From assembly GCA_003284265.1 (NCBI GenBank), contig QBVV01000005.1, positions 500 to 64,499 on the forward strand: a DNA stretch of 64,000 nucleotides, read 5' to 3'. Of the stretch, positions 32,560 to 41,775 are shown piece by piece. The position numbers were made by a program, and so were the translations under genes. Each line of letters starts with the position of its first letter. Position 1 is the first letter of the stretch. The notes below the pieces were generated by a model that was not told the DNA's origin, ran no database searches, and saw only the letters and a program-made list of their open reading frames with translations. Source of the DNA: SAR116 cluster bacterium AG-313-A07 (lineage in GTDB: Bacteria; Pseudomonadota; Alphaproteobacteria; Thalassobaculales; Thalassobaculaceae).

Positions 32560-33177
32560 TTATAGCCGAATTTGGACACCAAACTCGGCGCCGGCGTCGA
32601 GCAGCCATTTCCACAAATAACTAGCAAAGCTCGCCCGCACCATAATATTAAAGGTAGGTATTAGATTGAGTTGCCACATGATTACAGAAGCTGCAGCTAA
32701 ATTTGATTGAAACGCGTCTCCCGGGTTAAAGACTCTCGGGTGAACATCCACTGCACACCCCTTCATTATTACTGAACGTGCATTTGGACCCGATAGTTGT
32801 ATTATGGTGCTGTTATCAGAAACATTAGTTACTGAATGATGGACATCTGTTAATGCAATATTTAAATCATTTTCTAATGAACTATCGTCACCAGGTAGAG
32901 AATTTACCAGCCATTCATTTGGTCCAAGCCAAACTGACGTGTATTCACTGTTTTTTAAGAAAGTATTTGGGGTTAAAGGTAACTTGTAGCCTAACACTTT
33001 AGAGGTGGATTTTATGAAAAGATCGTCGCTGGGGTCACCCCGTAGAATGAGTTTTCCCGAATGACGGCATTCTTTAAGAAAAATACCAGCGTCCTTTGCC
33101 CCTCCAGGTACTTTGATTAGTTTGTCTAGGGGACTGGTGCCGCTATCTTTCTGTTTGGGTAAAGCTGCATCATCCAT
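32560..33177 (-). CDS. soxG: Sarcosine oxidase gamma subunit
   Basis: 205 aa. Its start overlaps the soxA stop by 8 nt. Size and the last position in the soxBDAG order fit. The call rests mostly on position. Confidence 0.75.
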   Translation of the reverse strand: MDDAALPKQKDSGTSPLDKLIKVPGGAKDAGIFLKECRHSGKLILRGDPSDDLFIKSTSKVLGYKLPLTPNTFLKNSEYTSVWLGPNEWLVNSLPGDDSSLENDLNIALTDVHHSVTNVSDNSTIIQLSGPNARSVIMKGCAVDVHPRVFNPGDAFQSNLAAASVIMWQLNLIPTFNIMVRASFASYLWKWLLDAGAEFGVQIRL

Positions 33178-36100
33178 CTAAACGCACTCCTTCTTTGTCG
33201 AAGAACTGAGTATCGGTAACCGTAACCTTTATAGTTTTATTTCTCAAAGGAACATGCAGAGTCTGGCCAATTTTTTCTTTTCCACCCTTTACCAAAGCCA
33301 TCGCAATCGATCTATTGCAGTTTGGACTGTAGTAGCTCGATGTCACATGACCGATCATTACCATAGGCGGGGCGGAAGTAGGTGTTTCAACGACCTGGGA
33401 ACCTTCTGGTATTACTTCTGTCTCGTTTTCTGTTAATAAACCGACCAATTGTTTGCGATCATTTTTAATGATATCGCTCCTCTTTAGTGCCCTTTTGCCT
33501 ACAAAATCGTGCTTTGTTTTTGATACAATCCAGTCCATCCCAAGATCATATGGTGTAACCGTTCCGTCAGTTTCTTGTCCAACAACGATAAAGCCTTTTT
33601 CAGCGCGCAGTACATGCATTGCCTCGGTTCCATAGGGACAAATGTCATATTTTTTACCCTTTTGCATCAAAGCATCCCAGAGCTTCGGCCCATACCTCCT
33701 TGGAACATTAATCTCAAAACTGAGCTCTCCTGTAAACGATATTCTAAAAATACGAGCCGTTATCCCGGCCACATTTCCTTCTTTAACTGACATAAAAGGA
33801 AATTCTTCGTTTGATAAGTCAAGGTCTGGTGCTAAATCGGAGAGTAATTTACGGCAATTAGGACCGCATATTGACGCTACTGCCCATTGTTCGGTGACAG
33901 AGGTGAAATAAACCTTCAGATCAGGCCACTCAGTTTGATGCCATTCTTCAAGCCATTCTAACACACTCGCTGCACCGCCCGTTGTCGTTGTCATATGAAA
34001 GTGGCCGGGTTGTAGATGAGTGGTTACACCATCATCCATAACCATACCATCCTCTTTGAGCATCAAGCCATATCGTGCTCTTCCAGGCGCTAATTTCAGC
34101 CAGGCGTTTGTATAGACGCGATTTAAAAATTCCGCTGCGTCAGGGCCTTTTATGTCAATTTTTCCAAGTGTTGAAGCATCCAAAATACCCACACTATCTC
34201 GCGCCGCTTTGACTTCCCGATTGACGGCCTGTTGCATCGTTTCATTTGGCTTTGGGTAATACCAAGCTCGCATCCATTGACCAACATGCTCAAACTTAGC
34301 CCCAAGCCCTTTATGGCACTCGTTCATTACCGTGGTTCTTACGGGATCGAATAATAACCCTAAATTTCGCCCCGCGTATGCTCCAATCGTCGCCGGTGTA
34401 TAAGGTGGCCTGAACGTCGTATGTCCAATATTAGGGGCGGTAGTTCCAAGTGTTTCCCCTAGAATTGCGAGCGCCGCTACGTTAGAAGTTTTGCCTTGGT
34501 CAGTACCCATGCCCATTGTCGTGTAGCGTTTTAAATGCTCGACTGATCTGTAACCTTCTCTTGCAGCTAAGCCAATATCTGATGCGGTGACATCATTTTG
34601 AAAATCAACAAAATGATTACTAATCTTCCCATTGGCTCGTTCTGTTGGGATAAGCCAGATGGTTCGTTGGTCATTGTATTTAGGTTCTATAACTTTAGGT
34701 AAACGCGGAGCACGCCCCTTATTATTTGTGGCTCTAGCTGACTCAGCTCCGGCTTTTAATCCTGCTTTGAGGCAGTTGCTAAGACCTTGTGTTCCATCAC
34801 AACCCCCAATGGAAACAAGATTTTGAGTTACTGTTTTTGGTAGAAACTGCGCTAACTCTTCATCCCATCTTAATTTGCCCCCACTCTGCGAGAATAAATG
34901 TACAGTTGGGTTCCAGCCGCCTGACATACCTATGCTGTCACACCTAATCTCTTTCATCGATCCAATGAGTTTTGTGCCATCTTCACTTAGTTGCATTATT
35001 TTCGCTGACTTGATACGCAAATACCCGGCTGTGGAAACTATCGCATGTCCTGGATATATTGTGATACCTTCGCTTCGAACCTGATCAACTAACTCACCAT
35101 CTGGATTGCTTCGAAGGTCCACAATCGCTGCAATGGGCACATTATTTTTTTTCAGGGATATAGCTGTTCTGTAGGCGTCATCATTATTAGTGAATAGTAG
35201 AACTCTATTTCCTGGGGAAACTCCGTACCGATTAAGATACGCTCGCATCGCTGCGGATAACATAATTCCCGGTCTATCGTTATCACGGAATATTAATGGG
35301 CGCTCAATTTGGCCCGTGGCAAGCACAACACGTTTAGCTCTAACCTTCCACAAACGCTGTCGTGTTTTGTACTCTGAACCGGTTTGGTTATCGTTATCCG
35401 TGCTCTCCAACAAAGTCAGATAATTATGATCGTAATACCCATTAGTTACAGTTGCTTTCAACAAAATTACCTCGGGCATACTTGATAGAGCCGCCACTGT
35501 TCTTTTAACCCATTCAAATGCAGGTAACCCATCGATGGTACAATCTGTGTTATATGTCAGGCTCCCGCCAAAACTATCCTGTTCTTCGGTCAAAATCACC
35601 CTAGCTCCAGTTTGTCCGGCAGCAAGTGCAGCACTTAAACCCGCAGGACCACTGCCAACGATTAAAACGTCACAATGCGCGTGATTTTTTTCATACCGAT
35701 CAGGGTCTGCCCCCTTAGGCGCCTCTCCAAGACCAGCAGCCCGCCTTATCCAATACTCATATCGCATCCACCAACTAGCAGGCCACATAAACGTCTTGTA
35801 GTAAAAGCCAGCTGGTAGCAATCTGTGGATAAGATTATTTACGTAACCCAGATCAAAAGTTAAATTTGGCCAACGATTCTGACTTTTCACTGTAAGGCCA
35901 TCACGAAGTATCATCTGAGTTGCGCGGGTATTTGGATCCGTACTGTTACCTTCCCCTACTTGAATAAGTGCATTTGGTTCCTCTGCTCCAGCTGATAGCA
36001 GGCCGCGCGGACGATGGTATTTGAAACTACGGCCTACTAAATGGACCCCATTAGCTAAAAGAGCCGATGCCAGGGTATCACCTCTATACCCTTCATAAAA

Positions 36101-36181
36101 TTTCCCATCAAATTTGAAACGTAATGGTTTTGATCGGTCTACTTGCCCTAAATCTTTTAGACGGAAACGTTGCATTGTCAT
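33170..36181 (-). CDS. soxA: Sarcosine oxidase alpha subunit
   Basis: The N-terminus (RFKFDGKFYEGYRGDTLASALLANGVHLVGRSFKYHRPRG) is SoxA-like, with a dinucleotide fold (DVLIVGSGPAGL) and a C-terminal GcvT-like folate domain. The start is placed at the ATG at 36181, which overlaps the soxD TGA (ATGA). The track ORF extends to 36232. Confidence 0.92.
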   Translation of the reverse strand: MTMQRFRLKDLGQVDRSKPLRFKFDGKFYEGYRGDTLASALLANGVHLVGRSFKYHRPRGLLSAGAEEPNALIQVGEGNSTDPNTRATQMILRDGLTVKSQNRWPNLTFDLGYVNNLIHRLLPAGFYYKTFMWPASWWMRYEYWIRRAAGLGEAPKGADPDRYEKNHAHCDVLIVGSGPAGLSAALAAGQTGARVILTEEQDSFGGSLTYNTDCTIDGLPAFEWVKRTVAALSSMPEVILLKATVTNGYYDHNYLTLLESTDNDNQTGSEYKTRQRLWKVRAKRVVLATGQIERPLIFRDNDRPGIMLSAAMRAYLNRYGVSPGNRVLLFTNNDDAYRTAISLKKNNVPIAAIVDLRSNPDGELVDQVRSEGITIYPGHAIVSTAGYLRIKSAKIMQLSEDGTKLIGSMKEIRCDSIGMSGGWNPTVHLFSQSGGKLRWDEELAQFLPKTVTQNLVSIGGCDGTQGLSNCLKAGLKAGAESARATNNKGRAPRLPKVIEPKYNDQRTIWLIPTERANGKISNHFVDFQNDVTASDIGLAAREGYRSVEHLKRYTTMGMGTDQGKTSNVAALAILGETLGTTAPNIGHTTFRPPYTPATIGAYAGRNLGLLFDPVRTTVMNECHKGLGAKFEHVGQWMRAWYYPKPNETMQQAVNREVKAARDSVGILDASTLGKIDIKGPDAAEFLNRVYTNAWLKLAPGRARYGLMLKEDGMVMDDGVTTHLQPGHFHMTTTTGGAASVLEWLEEWHQTEWPDLKVYFTSVTEQWAVASICGPNCRKLLSDLAPDLDLSNEEFPFMSVKEGNVAGITARIFRISFTGELSFEINVPRRYGPKLWDALMQKGKKYDICPYGTEAMHVLRAEKGFIVVGQETDGTVTPYDLGMDWIVSKTKHDFVGKRALKRSDIIKNDRKQLVGLLTENETEVIPEGSQVVETPTSAPPMVMIGHVTSSYYSPNCNRSIAMALVKGGKEKIGQTLHVPLRNKTIKVTVTDTQFFDKEGVRLDG

Positions 36182-36531
36182 TTTTCTACTTGGCGTGTTG
36201 TTAAACTTTCGGCGGCAGATTTCCGGCGCCAATTATTCTTATAATATTCTTTCCCAGCCTGAGAGCTTGGTAATTGGTTACTTGGATAAACTTCAATTAT
36301 CTCGTTGGTTACTGTGTTCCGTAAGACATTAAACCATCTTCGACATCCGCTAGTATGAACCCATCTTTCAAGTGTTAACCCTTTGGTATTACTTTTTTGA
36401 AATAGATATTCAGAGAATTCCTCATCGCTCAAAGAATCAGCGTCAAAGGGCCGTTTTATGTGTGCCTCACCACCATAGTGGAATTCCGCATCATCTCGGT
36501 ATCCACACCAAGGACATTTAATATATAACAT
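36178..36531 (-). CDS. soxD: Sarcosine oxidase delta subunit
   Basis: 117 aa starting MLYIKCPWCGYRDDAEFHYGGEAH, with a later HTSGC context (zinc-site pattern). Lies between soxB and soxA. Confidence 0.9.
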   Translation of the reverse strand: MLYIKCPWCGYRDDAEFHYGGEAHIKRPFDADSLSDEEFSEYLFQKSNTKGLTLERWVHTSGCRRWFNVLRNTVTNEIIEVYPSNQLPSSQAGKEYYKNNWRRKSAAESLTTRQVEK

Positions 36532-36542
36532 GCGTGGCCTTT

Positions 36543-37841
36543 CTAATGAGCGACGCCTGCTGCGCCATGTTCATCAATTAAATATCCATCGACAAAGCGG
36601 TTGAGTGTGAATGGTGCAGTGATCGAATTTGGTTCATTCCTAGCAATCAGATCTGCAAAAACATGTCCTGACCCCGGCGTTGCCTTAAAACCGCCTGTTC
36701 CCCATCCACAATTAAAATAGAGATTGTCTATGGGTGTTTTTGATATAATCGGAGATGCATCAGGGCATGTGTCAACTATCCCTCCCCATGATCGAAGCAT
36801 TCGGAGACGAGAAAAAACTGGGAAAAGCTCGACCGCAGCAGCTAACATTCCTTCTATTATATTTAAGCTGCCTTTTTGAGCATATGAATTATAGGAATCT
36901 GCACCTGCGCCAAAAACCATCTCACCTTTGTCGGATTGGCTTACATACATATGTACACTATTCGACATGATTACTGTGTCGAGGATTGGTTTTATAGGTT
37001 CAGAGACCAAGGCTTGCAGAGGTCGGCTATCTATTGGAAGACGGAAGCCTGCTAGCCCTGCCAGAACCCCGGCGTGACCAGCAACAACACAACCTACTTT
37101 CCCTGCCTTTATGGGGCCGTTAGCTGTCTGGACACCCGCCACTTTACCGTTTTTGATATTAAACCCGGTAACTTCACAATTTTGAATAATATCTACACCT
37201 AAGTTATCGGCTGCTCTTGCATAACCCCAGGCGACTGCATCATGGCGTGCAGTTCCGCCCCGGCGCTGTATAAAACCCCCCATTACTGGATAGCGAAGGT
37301 TGGGATTAATATTGATAATTGGAACAAGCTTTTTAATTTGAGCGGGGTTTAACACGTCCGAGTCTATCCCGTTTAATCGGATTGCTTCTACGCGCCGGTT
37401 CATTTCTTTTAATTCATGTTCGGAATGAGCCAAGGTTAAAACCCCCCGTTGGCTAAACATCGTATTGAAATTCAATTCCTGACTTAGCTTTTCCCAGAGC
37501 TTTAGTGAGTGCTCATAAATACCAGCACTCTCATCCCACATATAATTTGATCGAATAATAGTGGTATTACGTCCTGTGTTCCCGCCGCCTAGCCATCCTT
37601 TATCTATGACGGCGACGTTCTTCATTCCGTGCTGTGACGCCAGGTAATAGGCTGTTGCTAAGCCATGGCCTCCTCCGCCGATAATAATGACGTCATATTC
37701 TGTTTTAGGTTCTGGGGATTTCCACGCTTGGGCCCAATTTTCATGATGGGTGAATGCATTTCGGGCAAGACTAAATATCGAATATTTTTCTTTTTCACTG
37801 CGCAAGCCTTGCATGCCAAAGTTGCTGCGAGGTTTTTTCAT
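36543..37841 (-). CDS. soxB: Sarcosine oxidase beta subunit (FAD)
   Basis: Contains [20 protein letters not shown] and [33 protein letters not shown] lies about 8 nt upstream of the ATG at 37841. An alternative start exists at 37814. Confidence 0.93.
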   Translation of the reverse strand: MKKPRSNFGMQGLRSEKEKYSIFSLARNAFTHHENWAQAWKSPEPKTEYDVIIIGGGGHGLATAYYLASQHGMKNVAVIDKGWLGGGNTGRNTTIIRSNYMWDESAGIYEHSLKLWEKLSQELNFNTMFSQRGVLTLAHSEHELKEMNRRVEAIRLNGIDSDVLNPAQIKKLVPIININPNLRYPVMGGFIQRRGGTARHDAVAWGYARAADNLGVDIIQNCEVTGFNIKNGKVAGVQTANGPIKAGKVGCVVAGHAGVLAGLAGFRLPIDSRPLQALVSEPIKPILDTVIMSNSVHMYVSQSDKGEMVFGAGADSYNSYAQKGSLNIIEGMLAAAVELFPVFSRLRMLRSWGGIVDTCPDASPIISKTPIDNLYFNCGWGTGGFKATPGSGHVFADLIARNEPNSITAPFTLNRFVDGYLIDEHGAAGVAH

Positions 37842-38070
37842 CAGTGGTTCCTTCTAGGCAATCGCATAATCAAAAATTAGTATTTAGAGTTCAGACCCTT
37901 AAAATAGTACTTCTACTCAATAAGCCTAGTTCTAGGGCGACATTTAATGGCGTCAACTGAATAAAATTAATCCTATATAACACTTGTAGCTTATTACATA
38001 ACTGGACGTTGGACAATAAAACGATAGAATTCAGTCTACCAATTAATGAATTCGGCTGGGGATAATACAA

Positions 38071-38799
38071 ATGAAAAACTCTGAAGAATATGAAGCCAGG
38101 TTAGATGTAGCAGCTGCACATCGTTTGGCGGTGATGCATGGACTTAACGAAGGTGTATGGAACCACATAAGTCTTTGCAGCCCAGATCAACCAGAAAATA
38201 TCTTAATCAGTCCGGGCCATACTCATTGGGGACAAGTTAAAGCCAGTAACTTAGCTCTAATGTCCCCGGAAGGAAAAATGATTTCAGGGGAACGACCACC
38301 TATCAGGGCAGGATGGATTATTCATCATCCCGTTCATTCAGCCCGTCCTGATGCGAAATGCGTCATTCATGTACATGCGCCATACACTACTGCTATGTCT
38401 ATTAGGAAAGATATGAAGCTTGAGACTCGAAGCTCTCAGCAATCCGCTGGGTTTCATGATGATGTAGTTTACTATGAGGTTTATGATGGTGTTTTGGAGG
38501 ATGAGTCCGAAGGGGTTCATATGGCAGAAGTTCTTGGTGATAAAAGAATACTGATGATGCGTAATCATGGAGCGATGATCGTTGGAGAAACGGTCGCTAG
38601 AGCTTACTTAGACGCTTATCAGTTAGAGCGCGCCTGCATGTATCAGCTTCTAGCAGTTTCCGGAGGTGGTGAAATGCAGCTTATCCCTGAGGAGGTTGCT
38701 ATAGAGATGGGGCGTTTAGCCCGTAAAGGCCGTAATATTGAGCATTTTGAGGGAATGAAACGTTTGATAGCTGAAAAAGAGCCAGATTTTGCAGATTAA
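38071..38799 (+). CDS. Class II aldolase/adducin-family protein
   Basis: 242 aa with metal-His contexts (IIHHPVH, VIHVHAPY). Transcribed divergently from soxB. Confidence 0.82.
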   Translation: MKNSEEYEARLDVAAAHRLAVMHGLNEGVWNHISLCSPDQPENILISPGHTHWGQVKASNLALMSPEGKMISGERPPIRAGWIIHHPVHSARPDAKCVIHVHAPYTTAMSIRKDMKLETRSSQQSAGFHDDVVYYEVYDGVLEDESEGVHMAEVLGDKRILMMRNHGAMIVGETVARAYLDAYQLERACMYQLLAVSGGGEMQLIPEEVAIEMGRLARKGRNIEHFEGMKRLIAEKEPDFAD

Positions 38800-38861
38800 A
38801 AAATAAGCAATTTTATTACGAGCAAAAATATCGTCACTTTAGACATTTTTTAGGAGTTAGA

Positions 38862-39995
38862 ATGTTAGGAATAATATCCTCGTTTGATGGAGGAAATATA
38901 GAAGTCGTTAAGGCCGATGATCCCAGTGACATCCAACTCAAAATAAGAAGCGACACGAATGCAGAATTTTTTCAGTGGTTCTATTTCAGAGTTGTAGGGG
39001 TTAGGGGTAGCCAATGCACGATCAAAATATTAAATGCTGGCGAAGCGAGTTTTACTCGAGGGTGGGAAGATTATAAGGCCGTTGCTTCGGAGGATCAGAA
39101 ACATTGGGAAAGGGTGCAGACACAATATAGAAGCGGTGTTTTGGAGATAAAACACACTCCAAACTCAGATTCTGTTTGCTATGCATATTTTGTCCCGTAC
39201 TCATTGAACCGGCATTCTGATCTCATTGCCAGATGTCAGGCGTCTGAAGGGGTTAGCTTATCAATACCTGGATTTACCGCCCAAAAAAGACCTATTGAAG
39301 TTTTGACTTTTGGAAATGAAACCAAGGAAAAACCAGCTTTATGGGTTATAGCCCGCCAACACCCAGGGGAAACGATGGCTGAGTGGTTTATGGAGGGTCT
39401 CTTAGATCGCTTGAGAAATCAGCAAGATGGTGCGGTAAGGTCTTTGCTTCAGAGAGCTGTATTATATGCCGTTCCCAACATGAACCCAGACGGCAGTGCA
39501 CTTGGAAATTTGAGAGTAAATTCGCAGGGCATCAATTTAAACCGAGAATGGGAAAACCCAAGTGTGGAAAAAAGTCCTGAGGTTTTTTATGTCCGTAATA
39601 TGATGATTGAAAGTAAAATAGGATTTTGCCTCGATGTACATGGTGATGAGGGACTTCCTTTTAATTTTATAGCCGGTTTTGAAGGAATTGCTGAGGCCAG
39701 TGATCATCAATTGGGAGTTATGAACAAGTTTCGTAATACGCTTGCTCAGCTGAACCCTGATTTTCAATTAGCAAATGGATATCCTAAAGTTGCCAAAGGA
39801 AAAGGTATGAAGACAACTTCGACCGGTTATTTAGCAGCATTTCATGGAGCTGTTTCTATGACCCTTGAGATGCCATTTAAAGATGCTGCGAATGCACCGG
39901 ACGAAAGATTTGGCTGGTCCCCTGGAAGAAGTATGGCTTTGGGCCGGTCTAGCGTAGAGGCAATACTTTCGATTCTTGATGAAATCAAGAATTAA
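38862..39995 (+). CDS. M14-family zinc carboxypeptidase-like protein of the cytosolic carboxypeptidase (CCP/M14D) type
   Basis: 377 aa. The N-terminal beta-domain carries FDGGNIEVV (F-x-S/G-GN-L/I). The Zn site is QHPGE with a later DVHGDE, plus NMNPDGS and NLNREW. Confidence 0.78.
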   Translation: MLGIISSFDGGNIEVVKADDPSDIQLKIRSDTNAEFFQWFYFRVVGVRGSQCTIKILNAGEASFTRGWEDYKAVASEDQKHWERVQTQYRSGVLEIKHTPNSDSVCYAYFVPYSLNRHSDLIARCQASEGVSLSIPGFTAQKRPIEVLTFGNETKEKPALWVIARQHPGETMAEWFMEGLLDRLRNQQDGAVRSLLQRAVLYAVPNMNPDGSALGNLRVNSQGINLNREWENPSVEKSPEVFYVRNMMIESKIGFCLDVHGDEGLPFNFIAGFEGIAEASDHQLGVMNKFRNTLAQLNPDFQLANGYPKVAKGKGMKTTSTGYLAAFHGAVSMTLEMPFKDAANAPDERFGWSPGRSMALGRSSVEAILSILDEIKN

Positions 39996-40017
39996 ATTGA
40001 TGAAGGTAACAAGTGAT

Positions 40018-40371
40018 ATGACAACTCTTTATGGTATATCTAATTGTGATAAATGCAGAAAGGCGAAAAAATGGTTTAATGAAAATCGAATTATATTTGA
40101 CTTTTTTGATTTTCGAAAAAATGAACTGACCCACGCTAAGATTGAAATATGGATTGATAGGATAGGATTGGATAATTTGATTAATCGAAGAGGCACAACG
40201 TGGAGAAACCTTTCTGACGAATTACGCGACCAGATAACCCAGCCAAAAAATGTGGATGTGTTGCATCAATTTCTTACTGTAATGAAAAGACCGATCATTG
40301 AAATTGATAACCATTTTTTGGTAGGGTTTGACGCCTCAGTTATCAAACAAATTCAGATCATGAAAATGTGA
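40018..40371 (+). CDS. ArsC/Spx-family protein (YffB-like)
   Basis: Start trimmed to the ATG at 40018, giving MTTLYGISNCDKCRKAKKWF. About 117 aa. The track ORF begins at 39976. Confidence 0.8.
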   Translation: MTTLYGISNCDKCRKAKKWFNENRIIFDFFDFRKNELTHAKIEIWIDRIGLDNLINRRGTTWRNLSDELRDQITQPKNVDVLHQFLTVMKRPIIEIDNHFLVGFDASVIKQIQIMKM

Positions 40372-40427
40372 ACTGGATCCAAAGATTTAGTTTTGGAATT
40401 TATAGTCCTAGTCAAATCGGAGTAAAT

Positions 40428-40784
40428 ATGGACGCAGATGTTATAATCATAGATGAAGGAATTAGACCGTTCTTGGGCGCTTAGTTTCCTGCTCCAAAGA
40501 AAATAGAAGCTATAAGAGATAGAACGATAACATGTCGTTTTGACGAAAATACTACAGGTGAAATAAGGAGAGCTGAAAAGAAAGGATGCGCTGGCCCAAG
40601 TCAATCTAAAGCTTTTCTTCGCTGTGGCATGGGTGTGTCTCAAGGGCGGATGTTTAGTGCGTCAGTTATAGAATTGATGAGCCAGGCAATGGGTAAAACA
40701 CCGTCGGATGTTGAAGAATATAGGATTCGTCCACCAATAACACCACTGCCGCTTGATGAGATAAAAAGTTTGAGTGAAAACTAA
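40428..40784 (+). pseudogene. Decayed remnant of a BFD-like [2Fe-2S]-domain gene (opine/sarcosine-oxidase-type oxidoreductase or its small FeS partner)
   Basis: A single 118-codon frame is interrupted by an in-frame TAG at 40482-40484. The downstream part reads TITCRFDENTTGEIRRAEKKGCAGPSQSKAFLRCGMGVSQGRMF...RIRPPITPLPLDEI. This follows the C-x-C...GMGxCQGRxC...RPP..P.PL pattern, but 3 of the 4 Cys ligands are replaced. No start codon follows the TAG until the Met in the GMG motif. Confidence 0.5.
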
Positions 40785-40862
40785 ATTCAAAGGAAAGTTG
40801 TATTAAATAAAATTCCTTATACCCCTAATAATAGATTAGAAGATTGAAAATTTGGATGAACC

Positions 40863-41660
40863 ATGATGACCATATCTGAGCTTAAGATGATCGAGACACC
40901 GGGAGGAGAAATTTCCTACAGAGAGAATGGTTCTGGGCCTATACTTCTATTAATGCACGGGATAGGTGGGAACTCACGCTCTTGGAAAAGTCAGTTGGAG
41001 ACGTTATCTAACAACTTTCGTGTTATAGCTTGGGATGCCCCAGCTTATGGGAAGAGTGCGAAACGAGGGGCAAACCTTGAAGAATATACAGCGGCTGTCA
41101 TAGAGTTTCTAGATGCGTTGAGTATAACTACTGTTAATCTGTTAGGTCATTCCATGGGCGGAGTTGTGGCTCAGGGTGTAGCAGGGTTTCATCCCGATAG
41201 GGTAACAAAGTTGATTTTGTCCAGTACTTTTATGGGACATGGACTAGCAGAGGGGACCCCATTAGGCGAAGGTTATAACGCAAGATTGGAAGATATAAAA
41301 AATATGTCGCCGGATGAATTTGGTCGCGCCAGGGCATCCAGTATGCTTGCTAAATCAGCTTCGAGTGTAACTCGACAGGAAGTTGCTTCTATAGCAGCTG
41401 AGGTGACGCATAGTGGCTTACTAGCTGCATGCAAAATGTTACACCATGCAGATACTCGCGATCTCGCTACCAAGTTTAAAATGCCAGTTTTAGTTTTGAC
41501 AGGAGAACAAGACGGTGTTGTTATCCCCGCAAGAAGTAAGGAAATGGCTAGTTTGATCCCTGAAGTGCAAATGGAACAACTCTCGGGCGTAGGGCATGCG
41601 GGTTATCTCGAAAACTCTAACAAATTTAATCTGGCTCTAGAAAACTTTTTGAACGCTTAG
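40863..41660 (+). CDS. Alpha/beta-fold hydrolase (enol-lactonase/esterase-like)
   Basis: 265 aa containing LLLMHGIGGN, a nucleophile elbow GHSMGG and a C-terminal GVGHAGYLE. Confidence 0.85.
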   Translation: MMTISELKMIETPGGEISYRENGSGPILLLMHGIGGNSRSWKSQLETLSNNFRVIAWDAPAYGKSAKRGANLEEYTAAVIEFLDALSITTVNLLGHSMGGVVAQGVAGFHPDRVTKLILSSTFMGHGLAEGTPLGEGYNARLEDIKNMSPDEFGRARASSMLAKSASSVTRQEVASIAAEVTHSGLLAACKMLHHADTRDLATKFKMPVLVLTGEQDGVVIPARSKEMASLIPEVQMEQLSGVGHAGYLENSNKFNLALENFLNA

Positions 41661-41775
41661 AATATCTTCAAGTAAAAATTGTTGATAAAACCCAAAGAGA
41701 ATAGTCGGTGATAAACTAATAGTAGAGGTTACGTTGCGCAGTTTTTAGTAGCTGTGAAATATTTATTCACTCAAC

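Noticed and set aside
40482-40484. The in-frame TAG in the FeS-domain relic might encode pyrrolysine, given an MttB-family gene in the same window
   Set aside because: The MttB homolog here has no in-frame TAG, so it is the non-Pyl type. No pylTSBCD-like genes are seen. The relic has also lost its cluster-ligand cysteines and most of the parent gene, so a nonsense mutation in a pseudogene is far more likely.
40353-40643. 96-aa minus-strand ORF in the ArsC-hydrolase gap
   Set aside because: The sequence has a nonsense-like composition (Ser/Phe/Tyr/Cys-rich) and lies antisense to the better-supported relic frame. I recognise no motif or SD.
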